A stretch of DNA of 64,000 nt, taken from Candidatus Wolfebacteria bacterium GW2011_GWE2_44_13. GTDB taxonomy: Bacteria; Patescibacteriota; Minisyncoccia; UBA6257; UBA9933. A program made the translations under genes and the position numbers. This document shows, piece after piece, positions 56,738-64,000 of the stretch (position 1 is the first letter of the stretch; each line of letters begins with the position of its first letter). Below the pieces are notes generated by a model, which was not told the DNA's origin, did no database searches, and saw only the letters and a list, made by a program, of their open reading frames with translations. The DNA is taken from positions 424,875-488,874 of the forward strand of contig LCHW01000001.1 in assembly GCA_001000675.1 (NCBI GenBank). The letters run 5' to 3'.

Positions 56738-59725
56738 TTACTGCATCATATCGCGCAGCGCACAATATTCACATTCTGCATCGTCGCACCGCTTCTCCCA
56801 AAAGATGCCGTCGAGAATCTCTTGCCCTACTCGTTTAATTTCTTCTTCGAGCGCTGTAAGCTCTTCAGGTACTATCTCAAACATCTCCTTGCGATATACT
56901 CCCCTTTCGTTTGGTTCTATAAAATCAATATCGCCTGAGAGCATTCGATATTTGCCGTCCTCATGGCGATCGAGTAGTAGCTTATAAAATATCAATTGGC
57001 GTTTAATGTTGCCCTCTGACGCTTGTGTGTTTCCTTCAATATCGTTACGCGATTTTGGTTTTCCTGTTTTGTAATCGACTACGTTTACTTCGTTACCCGC
57101 ACCGATAAATTCTATCTTATCGATTTTTCCCGTTAATCGAATTTCTGGCGTTAGCATGATTCCGTTCACCGCAAATTCGGTCAATGCGTTTATTCGCCAT
57201 GCACCTTTGTAGGTGTCGTAATATCCACCTAGCGCTTTTAAGCCCTTTGCGAGCGATTCCTCGTACTCACTTTTTACGAGCGGTTGTCGTGTAAGATAGT
57301 ACGTAAATTTATCCAACAAGAATTGTTTGTCCACCTCGCGCTCTTTTATGGTGTCAAAGAAATCTTTTAACGCACTATGGATCGCGATCCCATACATTTG
57401 ATGCTTGCTGGGTGCCTTGGGGATGCGAAGCAGGTTTGTATAAAAATATTTCCATGGACATTCGAGGTAGTTATTCAACGCGGTAACAGAAAATCCATTG
57501 CGCAAAAATAATTCTCGGATGTATTCCTTATCTTTGATATCAACGCCACTTAACATGCGCGGCGCAAATAATAATTCTTTTTGTGCGCCTAACTCCGCCT
57601 CGTATGGTGCGGCATCCGCTTGTGTAAGCAAATCCTCTCGCAACTCTCCGATAAATTGTGACGGGAGCTGTGCGCGGCCGTTACTATTTATTGCCGCATA
57701 GGTAATAACGATTTCTTTCTTTGCTCGCGTTAACGCAACGTAAAAGAGTCTTCGCTCGTCTGCGTTTTCGTCCTCCTCCTCTGTGAAATCACTCCCTGCG
57801 AGTGAGAATAGTCGCTTTGGTAGCTCAAATCCGGTCTTTTTGCGTTTATTACCCCAATGGCCATCAAATGCATTAATAATATATACGTATTCAAATTCAA
57901 GCCCTTTTGATTTGTGTGCGGTCATTAAACGTACTTTGCCTGAGCCATGCCCGGCTATACTTTTCTTGATGCGAATGTTGTGCGTTTTTAATGTTTCGAT
58001 ATACGCAAAGAAATCAGCGAGGCCATATTCTCGATGCGCTTCGATTAACTTCTTAATCTCTTCGAACAGCCCACCCACAACCTCTATTTTTTCTACAGGA
58101 TTTTCACTTGCCAATATATGCCCTAAAAATCCTGACTCTCGCATAACAATTTCGAACAGTTCGGCTAATCCTTTATTGCGACTCACCACACTCCATTGCG
58201 CAATTTTCCCATACCATGCGTTAATAATCTGGGGCTTTTCGAGCTTAAGGTCGGGAGTCTGTAAGACGTCTAACGAGCGCGCTACTTCATACACTGACAC
58301 TTTGCTTCGATTTGCATAATCCATGACCTTATACAGATCAAGTGGATCAATACCTAAAAAGTCCACATGCATTGCTTCAATAAAAGACTCCTGTGAACCG
58401 AACTCATTCACTGCGCGCAATAGCATGAGTAATTTTCGAATATCCTCGTCCTCTAAAATATCCTGATCGGATGAAACCGTAAAAGGTATCTGCATTTTTT
58501 GCAGCATGTCCGCAATCGGATCCATATCTCGGTTATTTCTGTATAGCACCGCAATCTCATCTGCTGCAACTCCAGCGGCAATATGATTTGCAATATCTTT
58601 TGCAATAAGATAACGCTCCACCTGCTCATCGGCGCAATTAAAAATGCGTATGGGTGCTTCTGTGTGCGCTACATTTGCCTTCAGCTCCTTTTTCCCAGGG
58701 ATGACATTGTGCGCCGAATCAAGGATCGTTTGCGTTGATCGATAATTTTCTTCAAGCACAATTAATACAGCCTCTGGATACAGGTTCTTGAAGTAGAGGA
58801 AATTTTCAAGCGATGCTCCTTGAAAACGATAGATTGCCTGCTTTTCGTCACCCACTACAAACAGATTTGGATTGGGATGAAAGTTACACAACAATTCAAT
58901 AATCTTGTTTTGTGCGTTGTTTGTATCTTGGTGTTCATCGACAAGAATATACTGATACTGCTCTTGCAGCATTAATAAGAGGTTCTTATTAGTTGTAAGC
59001 ACCTCAAGCACTTCCATGATCATATCACTATAATCATATTTTTTATCGTCAGTTAGTCGTTTTTGATAATAGGCGTATACCAATGCAAGCTCGGCATTTT
59101 TTCTGATGCTTTTGTCGAGCTTCTGATAGTGTCCTTTCATTTTCCCTTTGTGCGCACCCTTGTCGTGATAAAGGTCTTCGATGTGCTCAAATCGTTCGCG
59201 CTCTTTGTCCACCTCCTGCGTGAATCTATCAGCACTAACGCCTTCGCGTTTCAGTTCATTAATGGCCATTAAGATGGCGCCTAAATAATGCAATGTATCG
59301 CCAAAAGGTCGCAACTCAGCGAGCGGGATTGTTTCGATTGCATCTTCAAGAATGCGAATCTGATCGACATCGGTAATGTTTTCCGAACCAATGATACGGG
59401 GAAATTCTTCTGGGTAGTCTTTTATAACATCGTTACAGAATCCGTGAAATGTATTGATGGCTACGGAATATGCTGGCCCTCCGATAAGATCCATAAGCCG
59501 ACGGCGCATAGAAGCAACGCCCGATTCTGTAAACGTCAACGCTAATACGCTACTCGGCTCCATATCGGTTGTGCGCAAAATATTCGCAATGCGTAGGGTA
59601 AGAATTTGCGTCTTGCCTGTCCCAGGGCCTGCAATAACCATAACGGGTCCTTCTATGGTGTCTACGGCGGTTTTTTGTTGCGGATTGAGTTTAGCGTATG
59701 CGTTTTTGAATGCTTCGTTCGTCAT
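56738..59725 (-). CDS. UvrD/PcrA-like helicase fused to a C-terminal PD-(D/E)XK nuclease with Fe-S-type cysteines (AdnAB/AddAB-like)
   Basis: AGPGTGKT, VDEHQDTN, GDEKQAIY.F, H.SKGLE, RRLFYVALTRA; YLECP, GKIDKI, VDYKTG, CDDAECEYC. Confidence 0.92.
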   Translation of the reverse strand: MTNEAFKNAYAKLNPQQKTAVDTIEGPVMVIAGPGTGKTQILTLRIANILRTTDMEPSSVLALTFTESGVASMRRRLMDLIGGPAYSVAINTFHGFCNDVIKDYPEEFPRIIGSENITDVDQIRILEDAIETIPLAELRPFGDTLHYLGAILMAINELKREGVSADRFTQEVDKERERFEHIEDLYHDKGAHKGKMKGHYQKLDKSIRKNAELALVYAYYQKRLTDDKKYDYSDMIMEVLEVLTTNKNLLLMLQEQYQYILVDEHQDTNNAQNKIIELLCNFHPNPNLFVVGDEKQAIYRFQGASLENFLYFKNLYPEAVLIVLEENYRSTQTILDSAHNVIPGKKELKANVAHTEAPIRIFNCADEQVERYLIAKDIANHIAAGVAADEIAVLYRNNRDMDPIADMLQKMQIPFTVSSDQDILEDEDIRKLLMLLRAVNEFGSQESFIEAMHVDFLGIDPLDLYKVMDYANRSKVSVYEVARSLDVLQTPDLKLEKPQIINAWYGKIAQWSVVSRNKGLAELFEIVMRESGFLGHILASENPVEKIEVVGGLFEEIKKLIEAHREYGLADFFAYIETLKTHNIRIKKSIAGHGSGKVRLMTAHKSKGLEFEYVYIINAFDGHWGNKRKKTGFELPKRLFSLAGSDFTEEEDENADERRLFYVALTRAKKEIVITYAAINSNGRAQLPSQFIGELREDLLTQADAAPYEAELGAQKELLFAPRMLSGVDIKDKEYIRELFLRNGFSVTALNNYLECPWKYFYTNLLRIPKAPSKHQMYGIAIHSALKDFFDTIKEREVDKQFLLDKFTYYLTRQPLVKSEYEESLAKGLKALGGYYDTYKGAWRINALTEFAVNGIMLTPEIRLTGKIDKIEFIGAGNEVNVVDYKTGKPKSRNDIEGNTQASEGNIKRQLIFYKLLLDRHEDGKYRMLSGDIDFIEPNERGVYRKEMFEIVPEELTALEEEIKRVGQEILDGIFWEKRCDDAECEYCALRDMMQ

Positions 59726-59767
59726 ATTCTTACTATCATACCATAAAAAATGACCGCGATTAAACGG

Positions 59768-60235
59768 TCATTTTGCCTCCTTAATTGCCATCTCTTGTAT
59801 GCCTTCGTCTACTTTTGTTTCAATGCGACGTTCCCATTCTAATCGGCGCTCAAACCCGCTCTTTTCTACGCGATCTGAAATGCGCCAAATGCCTTTGTAT
59901 ATTTTTTGAATCTCACTAAGGAGTTCTGGCATTGTATGCTTTGTTGCAACCAATATCGATTTCTTTGTTTTAAAGAATCGCCAAATAACTGGATCGATTA
60001 AATATGCCTTTCCTCCATATTCAACGATTAATAAATCATGATGCGCACTTCGATCAATAATACCCTTGATCACATAGATGCGCGCATGGGGAAGCTCGTC
60101 GAGAATCCAATTTCCAGCAAGGTGTGCTATTTCATCGCAATATTTTTGCGATAACACTGTAAGCGGCTTATCCCCCACCTTTCCTAGGAGTGTGGCCATC
60201 ATTTTTTGCACCTGCTCGATTAGCTCCTTGTTCAT
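59768..60235 (-). CDS. Hypothetical protein with a transglutaminase/NAT-like Cys-His-Asp pattern
   Basis: Start MNKELIE at 60235, just after TATAAT; YCDEIA, HHDLL, YLIDP. Confidence 0.62.
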   Translation of the reverse strand: MNKELIEQVQKMMATLLGKVGDKPLTVLSQKYCDEIAHLAGNWILDELPHARIYVIKGIIDRSAHHDLLIVEYGGKAYLIDPVIWRFFKTKKSILVATKHTMPELLSEIQKIYKGIWRISDRVEKSGFERRLEWERRIETKVDEGIQEMAIKEAK

Positions 60236-60271
60236 ATGCAAATTATATACTGTTTCTCTAGGAATGTCACC

Positions 60272-60304
60272 AAAAAATAACACCCTGACCGAAATCAGGG
60301 TGTT
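60272..60304 (-). terminator. Intrinsic terminator of the 27-aa ORF unit
   Basis: aacaccctga-ccgaaa-tcagggtgtt with T run on the minus strand. Confidence 0.72.
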
Positions 60305-60328
60305 TGCTGCGTGAGCAGGGCAACGGGG

Positions 60329-60412
60329 CTACATACACCCGTTACCCGATCGTCGGCAACCTTCTTTACAGCGGGTTACCGGGCGAAGTGCGTAGGTACG
60401 GTTTGTCCACAT
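60329..60412 (-). CDS. 27-aa basic Cys-containing peptide (MWTNRTYALRPVTRCKEGCRRSGNGCM) or structured small RNA
   Basis: TTGACA(60480-60475)-N17-TATATT, AAAGGAGG SD 9 nt before ATG, own terminator. Confidence 0.55.
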   Translation of the reverse strand: MWTNRTYALRPVTRCKEGCRRSGNGCM

Positions 60413-60511
60413 GGGGCTCTTCCTCCTTTCTTGGCGATAGGTACTGCGAGGAATATATAACAAACTCGTGACCTTGTCAATATCTTTGGTATCTGCTATA
60501 GTATACCCACT

Positions 60512-61516
60512 ATGTTAATCGATGATGTTGTAATCAAGGTGAGCTCTGGCCGAGGAGGGCGCGGGGCGGTTGCATTTAACAAAAACATGAAGAGCCTCGG
60601 ACCTGCGGGCGGAAGCGGCGGTAACGGCGGAGACGTCGTTGTTGAGGCCGCCTCAGATCTTAGCTTATTGAACCAATTTCGCTTCAAGAAAGAGATTTCT
60701 GCAGAAAGTGGCGAACCGGGAAAGCCGCAGTTTAACGATGGGCACACGGGCGTTGATCTTGTCCTCAAGGTGCCGGTCGGTACAATCATCCACAATATGA
60801 CAACAGGCGCCGACTACGAACTCGTAAAAATCAACGAGCGTATTGTGATTGCAAAGGGCGGCAAAGGTGGTCGTGGTAACTTCCATTTCAAATCTTCAAC
60901 CAATACCAGCCCTGTGCAGTATCAGAATGGTACACCAGGGGAAGAGTTTATGCTGCGCCTTGAGTTAAAGCTTATTGCCGACGTTGGTATTATTGGGCTT
61001 CCGAGTGCCGGTAAATCGAGTCTTCTTAATGAACTTACTAATGCACAAAGCAAGGTTGGAAACTATCCATTTACAACATTAGAGCCAAGCCTTGGTGTTT
61101 ACTATGAATTGATTCTGGCAGACATTCCTGGGCTTATCGAAGGATCAAGTCAAGGAAAAGGATTGGGAGATAAATTCCTTCGCCATATCGAGCGTACGGA
61201 AATATTATTCCACCTTGTGCCTGCTGATTCTCTCGACCCAGTGCATGATTACGAAATTATTCGTAAAGAACTCGGTGCGCATAACCCCGCGTTGCTTACG
61301 AAAAAAGAATATTTGTTCTTAAGTAAGAGTGATATGGTTAGCGAGCCGGAACTTGATGCAAAGATTGCGTTACTAAAAAAACTCAATCCGACGGTCATTC
61401 CTATCTCGGTGTACAACTGGGAAAGCCTCGACGCTGTAAAGCGTCTCCTCAATGCAGTAATCAAGGAAAAGCATTACACTACACCAGAAGTAAAAGAAGT
61501 TGTTACTGAAGAATAA
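60512..61516 (+). CDS. obgE: GTPase ObgE/CgtA
   Basis: Gly-rich Obg domain, LELKLIADVG, GLPSAGKSS, YPFTTL, DIPGLIEG. Confidence 0.96.
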   Translation: MLIDDVVIKVSSGRGGRGAVAFNKNMKSLGPAGGSGGNGGDVVVEAASDLSLLNQFRFKKEISAESGEPGKPQFNDGHTGVDLVLKVPVGTIIHNMTTGADYELVKINERIVIAKGGKGGRGNFHFKSSTNTSPVQYQNGTPGEEFMLRLELKLIADVGIIGLPSAGKSSLLNELTNAQSKVGNYPFTTLEPSLGVYYELILADIPGLIEGSSQGKGLGDKFLRHIERTEILFHLVPADSLDPVHDYEIIRKELGAHNPALLTKKEYLFLSKSDMVSEPELDAKIALLKKLNPTVIPISVYNWESLDAVKRLLNAVIKEKHYTTPEVKEVVTEE

Positions 61517-61546
61517 AAAAACAAACCCCTAGGGGTTTGTTTTTTA
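61515..61546. terminator. Palindromic bidirectional terminator
   Basis: aaaaaacaaacccctaggggtttgtttttt between convergent stops. Confidence 0.75.
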
Positions 61547-61987
61547 TTTACTCAATTCTTTCTGCACATGCCCTAGGATTTCTTCCATGTGTCGTTCACA
61601 TACGTTCTTTTTCAAGCGCATCGTCACAAGCTTCTTTGCGGTCACGGGTAAGAGCTGTTCAATCTCTGCGATTACCGGCGAGATGATTGTTATCTGGGTA
61701 GGGAGCACTCGTGTAACAACATCCTTTGCAGTTACTTTAAACTTCGCTACAAACGCCTGCTGGTATAGTTCCTTAGGTGAATTCGAGCTTCCTCCGGTTA
61801 CCCCTGTTTTTCCGGTTCTTACCGAAAGGCCTTCTCTATCTGAAAACTTTATTTTCGGCACTCGAAACATTTCAATCTTTTCGATAACGCCATCCCCTGC
61901 AAGATAGAACTCAGCCTCTTGCGTGCCGGTTACAATGAGTAACGCCCTTTCTTTCTTGAATTGTGGAAATTGTTGTGCGATTTTCAT
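61544..61987 (-). CDS. Hypothetical protein resembling host-attachment (AtsE)/baeRF release-factor-like family
   Basis: LLIVTG.QEA.FY N-terminal strands, SDREG loop, IISP; family call from pattern only. Confidence 0.5.
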   Translation of the reverse strand: MKIAQQFPQFKKERALLIVTGTQEAEFYLAGDGVIEKIEMFRVPKIKFSDREGLSVRTGKTGVTGGSSNSPKELYQQAFVAKFKVTAKDVVTRVLPTQITIISPVIAEIEQLLPVTAKKLVTMRLKKNVCERHMEEILGHVQKELSK

Positions 61988-62019
61988 ATAGCTTCAGTAT
62001 ACTCCATCTCGCTTATTTA

Positions 62020-63018
62020 TTACAGATATCCTTCTTTGCGCAATGTATTCGTAACGTCATTTTTATCGCGAGAAGCCATAAGTTTTGCGCGCAATTCCCT
62101 TGCGCCATCAAATCCGTGTATATATGCCTTATAGTGTTTCTTCATTACATCAAAACGGTTTCCCATCCCAAAAAACTGTTCAAACAACTCTGTATGTTCT
62201 AGTAAAGCCGCTATCTTTTCTTGCAGGAGTATTTCTGTTGTCACAACACTTCCCCTCTTCTTTGCCTTGTCCTTATCTGCAAAAAACCAGGGGTTGCCAA
62301 ACATACCTCGCCCTACCATTACTCCATCAACACCATACTGCCTTACCTTATCAAATGCTTCTTCCAATGTTTGCACATCGCCGTTACCCAATACGAACGG
62401 GCGATCTTTTCCTCCATAATACTGCTCTGTTAACGCAACTCCATGTGCGATAACATCCCAATGTGCAGGCACATCCGACATTTCTTTCTTCGTTCGTCCA
62501 TGAATAGTAATTGCGGCTGGCTCGGTTTCTAAAATATACGGTAACCATTCATCGAGCGTATTTTTTGTGTATCCGATACGCGTTTTTACTGACACGGGCA
62601 ACTTCCCGGCTCCCCGCTTTGTTTCTGTAATAATTGCTTGCGCCAGCTTTGGGCTTTGTATTAACTTTGCTCCGGCATTTTGTTTCTGTATGTTTTTATC
62701 GGGGCACCCCATGTTAATATCAATACCATCAAACCCGAGTTCTTGCATTAATAGGGCTGTCTGATAAAAATGTTCTGGCGTTGCGCCAAAAACTTGCGCC
62801 ACGATAGGGCGTTCTTTTTTGTCATATTGCAGATCGCGCAATAACGCATCTTTTCCTTGTGAGCAGAGGCCATCACATGCAACGAACTCTGTCCACATAA
62901 CATCGGGCTTGCCATATTTTGCAATCATAAAGCGAAATGCGGCATCAGTTACTCCCGCCATCGGCGCAAGTGCAAAAATTGGCTTCTTCAGTTTTTTCCA
63001 AAACCCATAGTTAATCAT
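62020..63018 (-). CDS. tRNA-dihydrouridine synthase (DusB-like)
   Basis: LAPMAGVT, DINMGCP, SVKTRIG, IHGRT, GNGDV, VMVGRG..GNPW. Confidence 0.94.
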   Translation of the reverse strand: MINYGFWKKLKKPIFALAPMAGVTDAAFRFMIAKYGKPDVMWTEFVACDGLCSQGKDALLRDLQYDKKERPIVAQVFGATPEHFYQTALLMQELGFDGIDINMGCPDKNIQKQNAGAKLIQSPKLAQAIITETKRGAGKLPVSVKTRIGYTKNTLDEWLPYILETEPAAITIHGRTKKEMSDVPAHWDVIAHGVALTEQYYGGKDRPFVLGNGDVQTLEEAFDKVRQYGVDGVMVGRGMFGNPWFFADKDKAKKRGSVVTTEILLQEKIAALLEHTELFEQFFGMGNRFDVMKKHYKAYIHGFDGARELRAKLMASRDKNDVTNTLRKEGYL

Positions 63019-63022
63019 ACGC

Positions 63023-63238
63023 TTATAGCCCTAGTCCCGCAGGTATCTGTAGTGTATTTAAGAATGCTGGGATTGCAAACATGAGTCCAATCGCTGGCAA
63101 TACGATCACTGCGATACTAATAATAAGTGTCCACTTAAAATAATTGCGCGTTTTTTCAACCGAAACAAATATCTGATCCATCTTCTTTTGCTGCTCATCA
63201 AGCTTGGTTATAAGTATTACTAGTTCGTTTGTATCCAT
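63023..63238 (-). CDS. Small membrane protein
   Basis: SVEKTRNYF then a hydrophobic helix; co-oriented with dus. Confidence 0.7.
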   Translation of the reverse strand: MDTNELVILITKLDEQQKKMDQIFVSVEKTRNYFKWTLIISIAVIVLPAIGLMFAIPAFLNTLQIPAGLGL

Positions 63239-63288
63239 ATTGGTATTATCCCATTAATTTGAAAAATAATATACTCACGTAGCCTTAT

Positions 63289-63330
63289 ACTATAAAAGAC
63301 GCCTATCGAATGACAGGCGTCTTTTATAGT
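63289..63330. terminator. Long hairpin / probable terminator
   Basis: actataaaagacgcct...aggcgtcttttatagt, 16-bp arms. Confidence 0.6.
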
Positions 63331-63430
63331 TTGATACCCTTATTTGAAAAAGTCCTCACTCAATTTTCAAACAAAAGATCTTAGTAGTATTGTATCATAC
63401 GCGCCATAACGGAGCAAGTAATACCGCTTC

Positions 63431-64000
63431 TTATTTGCGCTGCATATCTTTCGCGAGCCTTTTTAAAACTGCGTCAATTAATTGTGGATCTCTCCCGACT
63501 ATTTCCGTAAAACGATTATGTGTTGCCATTGAATCATTTTTTAGACTTCCCATAAGTGCCGATGCAATTCTTCTTGGCACCCCCGTGATCCTTTGCACTG
63601 CCATTGCGGCAAGTGATATGGGAAATAGTCGCATATGGAGCAATCGGTTCTTTTTTCCTCGTACAATACTTCCGCTGCGCATAAGTAACTCATCATAGCC
63701 CATTACCTCTGATCCAATTTCAAAAATTTCATGTCCTACCTCATCTCGATTTATCAATGCCGCAATCATAGCAACTGCATCTTCTAACGCAATTGGGGAG
63801 CATTTTGTTTTGCTCCATTTTGGCATTATGAGAATTGGTAATCGCCTTGAAAGCCAGTACACCATTTGATATGAAACACTACATAAGCCTAATAAGATAC
63901 TTGCGCGTACCTCGGCGACAGGAACGCCCGCACTTGCAAGTGCCTTGCCCGTATCTTGTCTACTGCGTAAATGTTTGGAAAGTCCCTCTTTTGCAGGAAT
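63431..64000 (-). CDS. 3' part of an atypical SDR / NAD(P)-binding protein (YbjT-like); 5' end outside the window
   Basis: HLRSRQDTG, EVRASILLG, PIALEDA, FEIG motifs; frame open to the window edge. Confidence 0.78.
   Translation of the reverse strand: MPAKEGLSKHLRSRQDTGKALASAGVPVAEVRASILLGLCSVSYQMVYWLSRRLPILIMPKWSKTKCSPIALEDAVAMIAALINRDEVGHEIFEIGSEVMGYDELLMRSGSIVRGKKNRLLHMRLFPISLAAMAVQRITGVPRRIASALMGSLKNDSMATHNRFTEIVGRDPQLIDAVLKRLAKDMQRK

Noticed and set aside
1-64000. tRNA, rRNA or riboswitch genes; alternative genetic code
   Set aside because: No cloverleaf, rRNA or known riboswitch signature recognised by eye. TGA ends several full-length genes and conserved proteins read through intact under code 11.

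Overview
Bacterial chromosomal segment (standard genetic code), most likely Patescibacteria/CPR, Parcubacteria-like. This is inferred from compact housekeeping genes with very short or no leaders and from CPR-type short repeats. Core genes include ftsW, murG, gltX, rpmA, rplI, a CtpA-like protease, a Fe/Mn SOD, queA-tgt, dinB, a MacAB-type exporter, two PAS histidine kinases with a receiver, pyrD, typA, a UvrD-nuclease fusion, obgE and a Dus. I found no tRNA, rRNA, CRISPR array, integrase, transposase or reverse transcriptase. The most striking pattern is a second, dispersed gene class. About a dozen mostly orphan units each carry a near-consensus TTGACA promoter, a strong Shine-Dalgarno and their own terminator, and the upstream terminator is often fused directly to the next -35. 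Repeated junctions delimit a three-unit array of paralogous ~95-aa proteins (22.7-24.5 kb) and flank a dipeptidase-like gene. Two Cys-rich micro-ORFs missing from the ORF track belong to this class, one resembling a RiPP precursor (9250-9378). Two families of structured intergenic repeats are also present.
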